NCBI GenBank assembly: GCA_040954595.2
Contig: CM082584.2
Location: forward strand, 1,040,281-1,104,280
DNA: 64,000 nt
Source of the DNA: Balanoglossus misakiensis
Taxonomy: Eukaryota > Animalia > Hemichordata
Direction: 5' to 3'
In this document: in pieces, positions 35,633-49,900 of the stretch
Layout: each line of letters begins with the position of its first letter
Position numbering within the stretch: position 1 is the first letter of the stretch
Translations under genes and position numbers: made by a program
The notes under the pieces: model-generated
The model's input: the letters and a program-made list of their open reading frames with translations, nothing else
Databases searched by the model: none
What the model was told of the DNA's origin: nothing

Positions 35633-36463
35633 GGGACCATTCAGTTTTTACGGTGGGGGGAGGCTGGCAAAATCCAGGGGGTCACTTAAATTTTGAAATC
35701 CAAAAGAGGGAGTCATCTTTTTTTCAAACGTTTAGGGGGGATGTCATATACATGTACCCACCGATGCTAACTTTGAGTGGAGTGGCAACAGTAAAATTGG
35801 TCCTTTCAAACATTGAGATACATGTAATTTGCTTTTGACTTCATTAAAATGCAACTTTGAGCTACATATTTTACAAAGTTTTCTTATGTGGAAGGAGGAC
35901 ATCCCCTCCCACACCCATCCCCTTATTTCTTCGCCACATATAGTGTACCAGGGCAGAATACTTGCCATCCCACCCCCACTGATGTTAACTTTGAGTGGCA
36001 AAAGTCAAATTTGTCCTCCCCAACATTAAGTTAATTTGCCTTTGAGTTCATTAAAATGCATTAATTGTATTTTACAAAATTGTCCTACGTACACCCACCC
36101 CTTCCACTTTTCTTGTTTTACCAATTCTACCAACTATTGTATTGACGTGTCCTTTTAATTTATCCATAGACCTTCTTTATTGCAACGCTATACTATTATA
36201 CACTTCAAATTATAAATTTCTTTAAGAAATTTAGAATTGAGGTGTGAGGAGACCCTTTACCTTTATTGCATACAGTCAGTGTACATAAGATAAGGATGGC
36301 GAATGTTTTCGGGGTGGGAGGAGGGTCATCATATTTTGGTCCTGTCAAAGGGGGGGGGGGTCATCATTTTTTTGGTCCTGGTTGAAGGGGGTGTCGGCCT
36401 GATTTTGAAAACCAATGACACAAACTTTTGCCCCCCCCCCCTCCACCATAACTGAACAGTCCC
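35633..36463. mobile_element. PIF/Harbinger-type MITE, TSD TTA
   Basis: TTA|GGGACCATTCAGTT...AACTGAACAGTCCC|TTA. The host repeat is uninterrupted in the paralogous copy at ~1530. Confidence 0.8.
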
Positions 36464-36819
36464 TTACTAAAGGACGTCAATGTCTGTTTACAGTCAAATA
36501 CATTGCCATCAGAAAAAAAAAATGCAAACAATTTCTTATGTTTGTAGTACGCACTTTTTGTATATCTGTAAACTGTGTCTCAGTTGTGAAATTCTAAGGA
36601 AATTTGTTCCTTGGGTAGAATAAAGGATTCTTAAACAAACTTAGTCCTGAAAGCTAAATGGTTACCTCAGAGAAACTGTGTTAAATTTGGTCATCATTGT
36701 TTTAAATCACACAAGACATTCCCACAGCTAAGTTACTGCAGCAGTCAGTTTCAACTCAGCTTGCAAATTGGGATCATGTCTTGTGTTCATCGAGACTGTC
36801 TGTAGTCGAGTTGACAGTC

Positions 36820-38860
36820 ACTACAACTGTATTGCAAATATGGCAGGGTTGGGCAACTCTTCCAATTTGCATTTGAACACCTTTTCTGTTTGCGTCAAAA
36901 TGATGAATAATGTTTCGTTTTCAAGAATGCCTTAATATGGGCACCCAATACAAGACAACTGCATTGCAAATGGCATTTTCATTCAACTCTCCTGGGTACC
37001 TAAAACAATTTCAACATGGTTGACATGGCAATATTAGACAACTGTTCTAATTTGCATAATCCAAAATGGCCGCCAAATTTCTCTAACATGTTAATTTCCC
37101 ATATTTGTTTTAAATGGTGTGTAATATCGAATTTGCAGGGTTTCCATTAATATGGGTACCTAAAACAATTTCAACATGGTTGACATGGCAATATTAGACA
37201 ACTGCTCTAATTTGCATAATTCAAACACCTGCTGGATAATTTAACTTTTGCCATTCTTGTCCCATGATTGTATGTATTATATCTCATAACAGGCAATTAA
37301 GTGTGCTAATTGTCAAGCCAATCTTAATTCTTCATCTGCACCACAAATCAGATGCAAGGTTTAGGACTGGGAGTGTATGTGGGAGCAGCATATAGGGGCC
37401 TACAGGTATCTTTAATGGCAAGTCCTCGGTTAAAGCCAGAAGGTTTTCAGGTTGTAGGCCTCTATTGTATCTACAACAGTTTCTATCACCTCCATCCCAC
37501 TGGCCGGCACCCGAGGGGGGGGGGGGGGTACTTGAAATATTTTCGGATGGTAGTCTGTCGCCCCAGTCGATAACATCAACACGTGTAAATGCCCAAAACC
37601 CGACCTATTTGTATTATAAGTCAAATTTTCTGGTCATTTACCCCAAGTTTTTCTTAAAGACTACATACCTATACACCTTTGTATGGGAGAACACATCCCC
37701 CACCCCCCTGCCAACACTAATTGGACAACTTTATTCTTGTTATACTTCTTTATAAGTCAAAATGTTCAGTAAGAAAAGGCAACAAGTTATTGAAGCTGCT
37801 GACGATGGAAACTATGATGAAGTATATTTTTTTCCTAGCTGTACACATGTACAGTATAATTGGCCCAATGTACCAATTGGAGATGTGTGCCTTACAAGCA
37901 ACACAGGTTGTATATCCAAGCCTTGTCTGTTGGCACTATGAAGGGTATTGGAAGAATGTCTCTGCTGGCCACTTTGGCCAGCCACTTTTGGCCAGCAGAC
38001 TATCAAAAGGGTCAAGAAAATAGCCCTAAAAGGTATGGCACTGTATGCAAATCTAGTGCAGGTTTGGATTGATACATTTCCCATCACTGTACATGCATCA
38101 TCCTGTATGGATGATATGTACTCTAGCATTATGCACCAGATAAAAATGGTCAAAATTGCAAAAAAAGGAGATGAAACTCCCACTGGCCTTTAACGCAATC
38201 CATAGATAAAGAGACAACATGTTCAGGCATTGGATCTAAACATGGTGGATACTGACGAGGGTGTGGTGAATGATGGTGAATGCCTGGATGTTTTGAGGTC
38301 GGAATTCTGAAAAGGATTCCCATCGTGAAGTTGAGGAACAGGATGATGCAGAGGGGCTGGCTCTTTGTGAGTGGGGATAGACATATATTTGGGATACAGA
38401 GGTTGCACTTCCTTGCTTCATGATTAGTACGGTAACACTGCCAAATTTGCAACACAGTTGTATTGTTAAAGGTACCCATATGAATGTGCTAATCCTGAAA
38501 ATACGATATTGCGCATCATTTTGGGAAACATGGCAAAATTTCACTTTTAGTGGTGATTGGCGGCCATTTTTGATTATGCAAAATAGAAAAGTTGCCAAAC
38601 ACTGCCATATTTGCAATACATAACCAATATGGATGCAAATCCTGAAATTTTAGATATTACACATAATTTTGAGAAAAAAGGGCCAAGTTTTATTTTAGAG
38701 AAGGTATTTGGCGGCCATTTTTGATCATGCATATTAGAAGAATTGTCCAACATTGCCATTTTGGCAACTCAGCTGGAATAGGTCTAGGCTCCCATATGAA
38801 TGCCAATAAGCAAAAAACTTCATAGGAAAGAAAATTTCTAGGTAGGAAAATTTTGACTCA
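36820..38860. mobile_element. Degenerate non-autonomous DNA element with inverted subterminal repeat arrays
   Basis: TGTATTGCAAATATGGCAG/AAAATGGCCGCC/GGGTACC units at 36820-37230 are mirrored at 38430-38790. Boundaries are approximate. Confidence 0.45.
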
Positions 38861-39259
38861 ACTTCTGGTTCTAATAATAGGTGTAAGGATGTGATCGTTT
38901 GATTTTGCAACATTTTACAATTTCAAGCTGTGTGTATTTAACTCTGGTGCAATTCTGGTTGGAGAGACAAATGGCTTAAGCCATTTAATTGAAAATATAG
39001 CACTACTTCACCAGGGTTGTGCAGTACCTTTGACAACGCTTTGAACAATGTTGCAAAAAGCTTTGTGTTGAAGCTTGCTACAAGACTTGGCGTGCTGAAG
39101 CCTCTTATACTAGTCTTAGTTGAACCTCAGCTGTAACTACGTTTGTGAAACCTTAACATTCAAATCTTTGGCCAAAGTTAGGGTTGCAAAGCTTCTTCAA
39201 AGTTTTGTGAACCTCAACAATGCTTTTCTATAGAAACCTTTAAACATGCGGGGGGGGGG

Positions 39260-39463
39260 TGTAGTATTCTGACAGCTACGATCAATATAGCGCCCTCTAG
39301 TGTTGCATTGTTGATGTTCCACTTGTTTATGAATTGCTGTACGACGTCACTTCCGCCCAGATAAGGCGAAGCACATTGTTGAGTCTTTTCAGCCGATCAA
39401 TAAATAGGTTGTTGTTATACCTTATGATCGCATTATTATTCCCATGTTGATGGAAACATAACA
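39260..39463 (+). mobile_element. Probable solo LTR (204 bp)
   Basis: TGTAGTA...CATAACA termini, internal AATAAA, flanked on both sides by G runs (GGGG TSD-compatible). Confidence 0.6.
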
Positions 39464-40885
39464 GGGGGGACACCAACATCGTAGTCAGTGAGGTCATCTA
39501 TGGTGGTGGGCGCGTCTTCCACTCGGCACTCCTCCGCGCACGCTTGGGGGATAAAAAATGCATCAAAAACCCCTGGCGCGTCCTCGCTCCCCCTGCGTCG
39601 ATGGATTCTGTGCGACTGCTTCCGCCCCCGTCCTCTCTGGTTGCTGTGTCCGGATTGATGATGTTTTCCGGTGAGGTCGGATTTCCCGGAATTCTTCCTG
39701 TCGTGATTGGGATACCCACCTCAGCAGTATGCTAAGGACACGCCAGTGGATGAGAATCGCTGGTGTGGTGGGGGAGCTCAGTCGGAACCTGTTCGGCACC
39801 TCCCACCCCTGGAAGACGCACAGGCGCTTCATCATCACCATGGACTCCGGTGAACAAAAGGATTCCGTAGGGATCCGTCCAGGTCCGCCCCTGCGGATAT
39901 AGAAGTCTAGCAGGTCGGGTATTTCATTTCCTGGACCACACAGCCAGTATAGGTGAGTTTCTCTAACGCCTCAACCGCGTCCCGCTCGCGGAATACTACC
40001 GGCTTCTCAGTAAAAATAACTGGAAGGTGGCACTGAAAGGCGTGTTTCTTCAGTTTGCGCGTGGACCTCCGGCCTCCCGGGAACGGACATGGAGAAGGGC
40101 CTGATGAGTAATGTGGAACAGAGGATAGGGGGCTCCTTCGGGCCGGCCTGGCGCTCCTCCAGCGGCGTTCGTCTTCTTTGGGCGGTTCCGGCGTCGGATA
40201 CCGGATCGGTGATCGACGTCTGGGGCTGAGATCTCCCCAGCGTGAAAAGGATGGTCGTTCACGGGAAGGTGGGCGGTCCCGCCTTTCCTCTCGAGAACGC
40301 TCCGGTCGCGGCGACCGGGTTGGGGATCTGGACCTAGTAGGGCTGCCGGGGTGGCGTCGAAGTTCCCAGGGGATTAGATATTCCCCCGCCTCCAACGTCG
40401 CCTCCAGCTCCAATGGGTTGATCAGTGACTGCAGCGGCAGCATTTCTTGGCGTGGGGGTGATGGCTCCTGCAGCAGCCCTTGGTTTCCCCCGTCTCTCGC
40501 TACTGCTATTGGGGGTGATACACGGGTGCGGGGTGGGTCTGGCCCTTCCGACACCTCCATCGCCTGGTCCTTGTCGCCACCGAGTACCTGTTTTTCCAGC
40601 TGCGGATCCCGGAAGATGCTCAAAGTTTCCTCCAGGTCGTCAGCTGCGGTGGTGGTTCTTGTGGGCTCTTGCGGGGAGATATGGCCAACGAATCCCCCAC
40701 GTACGCGGCCTGGATTGAACTCCCGAGGTAGTGTGCAGGTTTTTATGGCTGCGTCGGATGGTACGGGCAGGTTGGCTTCATTCTTTTCCTTCCCGTATAC
40801 ATGCATGGCCTCCTCCCGTACCGTGGACATCCATCCTATGTCGCCTAGAACCGTGGCTACTTGACAGTTCTCACGGAGCATCAGG
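39464..40885 (-). pseudogene. GC-rich fragment of a TE-borne accessory ORF (RS/RP-rich region, C2H2-like finger, P..P..L.HWRVL motif), frameshifted
   Basis: Abrupt rise in GC. CPFPGG..LKKHAFQCHLP; after a frameshift, LLDFY..MKRLCVFQGWEVPNRFRLSSPTTPAILIHWRVLSILL. Confidence 0.5.
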
Positions 40886-40905
40886 AACAGTATTTTATGT
40901 CTCAC

Positions 40906-41812
40906 CTCCACTTCAGTTGTCGCTGTTGTATTTAATGTGGACGATGTTTTATATCTGTTGATAACCAATGGGCCTAGTTTAACTGTGGCACCTACATCCA
41001 GTGGCAGCGCTGTTTTCTCACCCCAAAGGTTGACTTCAGCATCTCTTGTGCCATCAGTTATGGTCAGTTTACGTCTCTTTGTAGAATTCGATGTATGTGT
41101 CACTGATTCATACTGTAGTGGAAATAAAATGGAAAACATTGAATGTTAATAATTACGAGTAGTAAATGTTGTGGAGAAATAGTGCAAGAGTGGTTGTTTT
41201 TTGTCAGTTGCTTTTTAAAATTTGAACTGCAAAATGATGAATCGATGGCAGTAATTTTGACCCGAGGTGAGTTGACAAGGCATGGTTGTATCATATAAAT
41301 GGATTTTCAATGTACGTGATCGCATGGAGGCTGCCATATTGGATTACATCTGAAGACCTTCCCATTGGGCTTCGGTTGAATTCGGGAAAGGTCTCTAAAA
41401 TGTAATGGGTCATTCAATTTTGTAGAGTAAATTTCTAAAAATGTAGAAGATGGGAGGTTAAGATACCCAAAATGACTACGGCAAAAAAAAAGTCAGGCCC
41501 ATAAGTTTCGGGGTGCGATTATAACGTACCTTTGCTCTATCATAGAGGCAAATGGTATTATCTCTTCCAGTGGAAAAGTTGCGGAGCTGTACGTATTCTC
41601 CCTTCTGTAATCTGTTCAGCCACTTCGGATTTTCTTTCCAGAATTTAAGTTCCAGAACGTTGCCATCCTGCTGCATACAAGGCACGCTAAACAGTTTCCC
41701 GTTGGCGGAATTCCGGATCTCGACATCCTCCATGAGGCGCAATTTCAGTGCCACGCCTTGGCTGGTTGGGGATGAGGGACCGGGAGCCGGGGATGCCATA
41801 ACGCCGTTAAAC
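40906..41812 (-). pseudogene. Spliced gene remnant encoding RPA-like OB-fold domains
   Basis: Exon 41812-41530 (..LELKFWKEN..LQKGEYVQLRNF..) and exon 41112-40906 (RKLTITDGTRDAEVNLWGEKT..VGATVKLGPLVINRY..LNTTATTEVE) have canonical AG/GT. The middle exon carries a stop. Decayed copies lie at 42245-42615, 43050-43200, 61180-61340 and 61815-62054. Confidence 0.6.
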
Positions 41813-44800
41813 CTGAAATATAGATTGAGAGTGGATATTGTTTTACACAATTTTTGACAATTGAAGTAAAGTATTAGAATGATGGAGTCCGATAAAAAAA
41901 GTGAGTTGGTGATTGCGGTATCCGACTTCGTTATTAAAAATGGAAAGATTTGCGATTTGAGATTCGGTTACCATTTGCAAGTTTGAAAGGAAATATTTCA
42001 TTGAAGCACAGTGGCAACTACTGGGTTATGGAGAATTTTTGAAATGTTGATGAACGGAGACTTATTAGAATCAATGAAAACCTACCTTTAACGGTGTTAC
42101 GGTTACTAAACGTGAGAGACCGCTTGTCTCGTTCATCCGATTCTGAGCTCCTAGCTCTTGTGGAGACATGCGGAGGTACAGCGGGTTAACGGTTAGAAAG
42201 TGTTGATGAAAGAAATAAGTTTATAGGCCAATCAGGAGTTAGAGTCTCTAAAATGTAATGGGTCATTCAATTTTGTAGAGTAAATTTCTAAAAATGTAGA
42301 AGATGGGAGGTTAAGATACCCAAAATGACTACGTCAAAAAAAAGGCCCATAAGTTTCGGGGTGCGATTATAACATACCTTTGCTCTATCATAGAGGCAAA
42401 TGGTATTATATCTTCCAGTGGAAAAGTTGCGGAGCTGTATGTATTCTCTCTTCTGTTATCTGTTCAGCTATTTCGGATTTTCTTTCCAGAATTTAAGTTC
42501 CAGAACGTTGCCATCCTGCTGCATACAAGGCACGCTAAACAGTTTGCCGTTGGCTGAATTCCGGATCTAGACTGTATCCTCAATGAGGCACAATTTCACT
42601 GCCACGCCTTGGCTGTCATTGTGGGTATGTTAACCTCCCATGTCCTACAGTTTTAGAAATTTAGTATACAAAATTGGATGACCGATTATGTTTTAGAGAC
42701 CTTTCCCGAATCCACCTGAAGCCCAGTCGGAATGTCTTGGGATGTAACCTAAATTCAGTATGGCCGCCTCCATGCGTTCACTTGCATTAAAAAAAAACGT
42801 TGATTTTATCTCCGAGTGGCGGTGTTTATCGTCAGTACCAATTGAAACGCGGCACTCGCTTACAGGTCGCATTTTTATTTTTGAGCGCGTTCTAATATTC
42901 TAGAAAGAAAAAAATGATAGTTTCGAGTACAGATTACATGTATTTTAAAACGAGGTTTGGTCACAATGGTATCACTACTAAATGACTTACAATCGATGTT
43001 TTTAATTGTCTTTGCACCACAGTATGAATCCTGTGATGGTAAATCGCATTCAACTTAGAAGGCGTGGAGTAAGTGCAACTGATGGTAACTGGGATACCAA
43101 ACTGAAACGTTTGGGAGAGAAAACCTTGCCATGCATGGACGTGGGTGGCACAGTTAAACTTGGGTTAAATACTACAGCGACAACTGAAGTCCCGGTGAGA
43201 TATTATAAAATACTCTTACATCATAAAATTGAAATCCTACATGTCAATAATTTCATATTTTCACTAATGTTTAGCAAAAAACAACTGCTCTCAACAAACC
43301 TTACCCCTCCCCCTCTTGTATTGTCAGTGCTTTGTAATCTATCAGTAACAATCCATTTTTTTCTCTCAAGGTGTTAAAAGAACCTATAGCTACTGGTGAT
43401 GACATGATACCGTCCATGGGGTGTTGGAGGTAATACACTTTGTAAGTATTAACCAGTCAGGACGAAAGTGGGGTAATTACGGCGGTGAGATCAAAGAGAT
43501 CTATTTGAATGTGAAAGTCGCTGAGTGGCAGTTACGGCCAGTTCGAAAAATTTTCAAACGGAGATTTTCGGTACTACAAGTGATCGTAGTGCACCCATTT
43601 TTCTAAGACGTGTATGAAACACCATAGTCAATGATAGGATGATTTTTCGTGAAGTTTTAACGACGCTTTCCCGAGAAAGACAGTTTCGGTATGTTGGTTT
43701 AAATTGTGGTCCTTGACTCTCGGCAAAGATTTCTTGTCTTGAAAAAAATTGGGTAGGTTAGGAAGATATTGAACTAAGTTACCGTGAAATTATAATAGTG
43801 TGAGCCGCTCCGTTGTGGAGTAATGACGGTGTAAAAATTGCCTTCGCCATCGACGAGTACAGCCGTGTTTGCCATGTGTGTATGCATTGAAGTAGGTCAA
43901 CGCATGTTAACCCATGACGTAATGGCTTCCTTTTCAACGCGTCGTTATCTCTCATTAGCATATTACATAAGGAGTCTATACACTATTCACGCTGACTGAC
44001 TTCTCAGGACTGACCTATGGCACAGTAAATTGTGGTCCTTGACTCTCGGCATGGATATATTCATGTCAAAATTATGAATAGAGGAGTTTAATAATGTTTC
44101 TAAAACCTGAGGGGGTTAATTTTTGTGAGGGTATGGCTGATATTTTTTTTTGTAACTTCAAGGTCACTTTGAATTTCGAGATCACAATTTTGTCAGTGGA
44201 AGTAAAGAAATTCTTCTCGATAAAACTTCATGAAAAATCACATGTAGTACACTCATAGTACCAGTAATGTGCCTGGGGTGAAATAATTGTCAGAAATGGG
44301 TTGCTAGTTGCTTAACTTTCGTTGTGAAAAAAGTTGAAAAACTGTATGCAAATGAGCAATTCAAACGTTACTGGCCAGTTCAAGTGTTTGCATTGCATGA
44401 TCCCCTGCTGTTTAATTATCCCACTTACGTCCTGACTGTAACTGCAGTAGTTGCTTACATCAGACTCCCACTATCTGCATGCAAGTTGTGGATGGATTTG
44501 CAGAGAGAGAGGCTAGTACACGGCACTCATGTGGACCTGCACTACCACATTTCTATTCAACATCAGGTCTCTGAGTAAAAAGATGGCCATGTAAATTTTC
44601 TCTAAGTTTGTTAGAGAAATAAAGTACAACTTTAGTGTTTCACTAATTGAGTTTCAGTGTTCTTGTATTGTCTCGTTTGCCCCATGCCAACCTCAAAGTA
44701 AACGTCAAATTTGCCATTTTTGACTTATTTGTCCTTGTAGTGGGCCACATAGCATTTTAGTGCAACTTATGAAAATCTGAAGAACCAAATGCCTAATTTA

Positions 44801-46914
44801 CCCACTCTGCACAGATTTATTTCAATGGTACAGACTTGATGATCAGTATAGCGCCCTCTGTGGTAGTATTGGGGGGGGGTTAACCTAGCCTTTGTATGTT
44901 TATCCCTGTCCGGTTCCATTCCACTTGTATCTATGGTAACCTAATTATCAGCAGTAAAGGCCACAGCTTTGAAACAGTTTTAATATCAAGCACTCTGAAT
45001 TACACGGCCATTCTCATTGGTGCATATAGTGTAGTCACGTTGTATTTTACTGCAACTGGTGAAAGTCTCCTAAAAAACCAAATATGTCTTTACCCACTGT
45101 GCACAGAGTATTTGAAGGATACTCAGTTGATGGTCATATAGTATAGCGCCCTCTGTGGTAGTATTTTGATTATGGAGGTGGGGTTAAATCTTGTCTTTGC
45201 ATATGTTTATCCCTGTCATGTTGCATTGGGCTTGTATCTATGGTAACCTAATTATCAGCAGTAAAGGCCACAACTATGAAACAGTTTTAATATCAAGCAC
45301 TCTCTGAATTACATGGCCATTCTCATTGGTGTATATAGTGTAGTCACGTTGTATTTTACTACAACTGATGAAAGTCTCCTAAAAAACCAAATGTGTCTTT
45401 ACCCACTGTGCACAGAGTATTTGAATGATACTCAGTTGATGGTCATATAGTATAGCGCCCTCTGTGGTAGTATTTTGATTATGGAGGTGGGGTTTAATCT
45501 TGTCTTTGCATATGTTTATCCCTGTCATGTTGCATTGGGCTTGTATCTATGGTAACCTAATTATCAGCAGTAAAGGCCACAACTATGATACAGTTTTAAT
45601 ATCAAGCACTCTCTGAATTACATGGCCATTCTCATTGGTGTATATAGTGTAGTCATGTTGTATTTTACTGCAACTGATGAAAGTCTCCTAAAAAAACAAA
45701 TAAGTCTTTACCCACTGTGCACAGAGTATTTGAATGATACTCAGTTGATGGTCATATAGTATAGCGCCCTCTGTGGTAGTATTGTGATTATGGAGGTGGG
45801 GTTTAATCTTGTCTTTGCATATGTTTATCCCTGTCATGTTGCCTTGGGCTTGTATCTATGGTAACCTAATTATCAGCAGTAAAGGCCACAACTATGAAAC
45901 AGTTTTAATATCAAGCACTCTCTGAATTACATGGCGATTCTCATTGGTGTATATAGTGTAGTCACGTTGTATTTTACTACAACTGATGAAAGTCTCCTAA
46001 AAAACCAAATGTGTGTTTACCCACTGTGCACAGAGTATTTGAATGATACTCAGTTGATGGTCATATAGTATAGCACTCTCTGTGGTAGTATTTTGGTCTC
46101 TCAGATACTGTTCTCATGTGGTTTAAGTCATACCTTTCCAATCGTAGTCAGTGTGTACTTGTAAATTCCACCCAATCACCTTTCTATCGGCTCGACACTG
46201 GGGTACCACAGGGATCAGTTCTTGGTCCCATACTTTTCAATATGTACCCGTCTCCATTTGGTGAATTAGTTCAAAGTCATGGTTGTCTTTATAGTTTTTA
46301 TGCAGATGACTCTTCACTTTATATGTCTTTTAGTAAAGACAACGCAGCAAGAACTGTTTCAAATCTTGAACTTTGTATATCCGATGTTTGGTTTTGGATG
46401 TCTGAAAACTTCTTGTGCTTATACGATGATAAGACTGAATTTGTTATTTTCTTTGGTATTTCAGGTGATCTGTCTGCTAGAGGGATTTCAGAAATTCGTG
46501 TTGGCGATTCTCTGATTCCTGTCCATTGTCAGGCTAAGAGCCTTGGTGTGATCCTTGACTCTTGTCTGACAATGAAGCCACATATTGGACAGATCTGCCG
46601 CTCTGCCACTTTTCATTTACGTCGCATTGCGCTTATCCGCAAATATTTATCTCATTCTGCTACAGAGCAATTAGTTCATGCATTCATTACTTCTCGAATT
46701 GATTCATGTAATTCACTTTTATTTTGGCTCCCGAAGTATTCAATCAACCGTATCCAACGCGTTCAGAATATTGCTGCTAGAATTGTTACTCATTCAAAAA
46801 TCACCTGTCACATCACTCCAATTTTGTATCAGTTGCACTGGCTACCTGTTACACAGCGTATTGTTTTTAAGATGTTAGTTCTCATTTTTAAATCCATTCA
46901 TAAACTTGGTCCAA

Positions 46915-49900
46915 CGCCATTCCATAAGTGTTGCTGGAGTGCGTTCGGTAGCACGCCCTCACTCGTAGTTACTAGTTTATACTTTTGTTCCTTTTGCGCA
47001 TGCTCGGTCCTCTCTCTCCCCGCTGGACCGCCATTGCTCTATGTATGTTTATATATCGATCGACGAAGTGTATCGATTAAACTGGTTATTGTTCTCAACT
47101 TCCAAGTGTCTGGTTGTGATTCCGACTCATCGATAATTGGGCTTGCATCCCCACTGGCGTGGTGGCAGCGATTTCGAATCTACACGCCTCCTGAAGACAT
47201 AACAGTCGTCGCTGGACCATATATTGCCTGGTCAACAAGTTGTCGGACACACACACATAGTGTACAACCGGTCAGTATACATTAACTGGATAGCACAGAA
47301 GTTGTAGTCATTACCAGAGTACATCATGGCATCATTCCAGCGGGCACCCAAGCAATGGTGTCTCAGTAAATCAGAGACTATTAATTCCTTCGAGAATTGG
47401 CGCCAAAACCTCAGATATACGTTATCACTTGATGCTAATTTTGCACCTTTCCTCGCTGAGGGCGCACAATGGACAAAGAAAACGAAGTCTAGTCCACTGA
47501 GAGGGTTTACCAACGACGGTGAGGACATCAGCGCAAACAAACGCCTTACAGCCCAGCAGAAGGTTAATGCTCTGGAGCTTATGTTGGGCCAAATAGCCAA
47601 CTACTGCCCCGTTATAGCCCGCAGTACTATTGTCAAGAACTCGACATCCATAGACAGTATTTGGCAGGTAATTCGTTTACATTATGGTTTCCAGTCTACT
47701 GGCGCTCATTTCATCGATTTTTGCCAAATCCACCTTCAGCCCGATGAGCGTCCTGAAGACCTCTACCAACGCCTCACCGCATTCATTGAGGACAACCTAC
47801 TCCGTCGTGATAGCGGTATATCCCACCACGGCGATGCCATTACCGAGGATGAAGAGCTTTCCCCATCTTTGGAAAATTTTGTGGTCTTAACCTGGTTGCA
47901 GCTAATACATAAAGATCTCCCGAGACTTGTTAAACAACGGTACGGCACGGAGTTACGCACCCGTACATTAGCCTCCGTAAAGCCAGAAATTTCAAAGGCA
48001 TTATCTTCTCTCCTGGATGAGATACACACTACAGAAGACGCCACTGTCATGCGCACCGCCGCAGCCAACTACCACAACACCACTCGTTATAAGGACAACT
48101 TTCCCACTCGCTCTACTGGTCCGCCCAAAGCAAGACAGAGAAGCCGTAAAACATATCGCTCCTGTCCCCTGTGCAAGCAAGCCGGCAGACCGGCTCAGCA
48201 TTTTCTAAGTGAGTGTGAGTTCCTACCAGACCAAGATCGCCGGTTCATGACCAAAGCACGACAGGTTGCTAACATATTCGACATTAACAGTGATGAAGAT
48301 GACTGTCTTCCAAGTGATGAACTCTCACAACAAGACTCAAGCACTACCAACACCGCCCTACGAATTCAGGTCCGCCAGTCACCATACCTGGATACTTTCT
48401 ATGGTTACCAAACCGTCCGCGCGATTATCGACAGTAGTGCCACTGGTAACATGATGCGCCTGTCTTTAGCCAGACGACTGAATGTACCAATAAAATCCAG
48501 TTCCCAATCCGCACATCAGGCCGATGGCTCTTCCCCCTTGAAAGTTGTAGGCGAAACTAGATTCCAATTGACACGCGACAACATCAACTTCATATTCGAG
48601 GGCCTAGTTGTGGAAAACCTGGATGTCGACTTATTGGCAGGGACTCCCTTTATGGAGCTAAATGACATCAGTGTCCGCCCAGCCAAGTGCCAAATCATGA
48701 TCGGTGACGGTACGACATACACCTACGGGTCAACACCAGCAACCGGCCACAGCATCCGCAGGACCCATGTACTCAGGGCCCCTCCCGTGTCTTCTACCAT
48801 TTGGCCAGGTGACTTCATCGAGGTAGAGTTACCACCAGAACTCCAGGCCACTGACACGACGTACGCAGTCGAACCTAGATCAGACACACGTCCTAACAAG
48901 ATGTTCACGCCTAACAACACATGGCCAGCACCAGACCTGTTGACAAGTGTAGCTGGAAAACTTCGCATTCCCAACTTATCTGACAGTCCACAAACACTTC
49001 AGCGCAACGAACACTTTTGCCAAGTACGCGCCACCTTCACCCCAGTCATAGATCACAGCAGTTCCACCACGAAGACTCTCCCCACCAAGTCTCCAACCAC
49101 TGTCGGCAACTACTCAAATGACATTAAGCTTGACCCTGACAATCTCCTATCACAAGCAGACCGTACAGCTTTCCGCTCTCTTCACCAAGAGTTTGATGAC
49201 GTTTTCAACCCTACCGTCAAGGGCTACAACGGTGCGTCGGGTCCCTTCGAAGCAGTTGTCAATATGGGCCCTGTGCAACCACCACAGCGAAAGGGGCGCC
49301 TCCCCTTCTATCCACATGACAAGCTGTTGGAACTACAGGCCAAGTTCGATGAGTTGGAAGAAATGGGTGTATTCGCCCGACCAGAAGACCTGAGTGTTAG
49401 CGTCGAATACATAAACACCTCATTCCTGGTAAAAAAAGCCAACGGTGGCTCTAGACTAGTCACTGCCTTCGCTGACGTGGGTCGCTATAGCAAACCCCAG
49501 CCGTCTGTATTACCAGATGTGGATGGTACTCTTCGCCACATCGCGCAGTGGAAATACATAATTACCACAGACCTCACCAAGGCCTTCTACCAAATACCGC
49601 TTTCAAGGACGTCCCTGAAATATTGCGGCGTAGCTACTCCGTTCCGAGGCATACGCGTCTACACACGATGTGCTATGGGCATGCCCGGTTCTGAAACTGC
49701 CCTCGAAGAACTCATGTGTCGCGTCCTAGGTGATCTCCTTGCAGATGGTGTTGTAGCTAAACTAGCTGACGACTTATTCTGTGGTGGTAATTCCATACAT
49801 GAGCTCAAGACCAACTGGAAACGTCTGCTACAGGCATTACATGCGTTGGCATTATGCCTTTCTGCCGCCAAAACGGCTATATGCCCAGCTACTACCATGA

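Noticed and set aside
39907-41139. 410-aa ORF as a single SR-like protein gene
   Set aside because: Chimera of an OB-fold exon, its intron and an unrelated GC-rich TE fragment.
44845-46095. Regularly spaced repeats as a CRISPR-like array
   Set aside because: Whole 309-bp units are repeated with no unique spacers; eukaryotic satellite.
46116-47285. 389-aa ORF as a complete protein
   Set aside because: LINE RT fragment reading into the inserted LTR after ...HKLGP.
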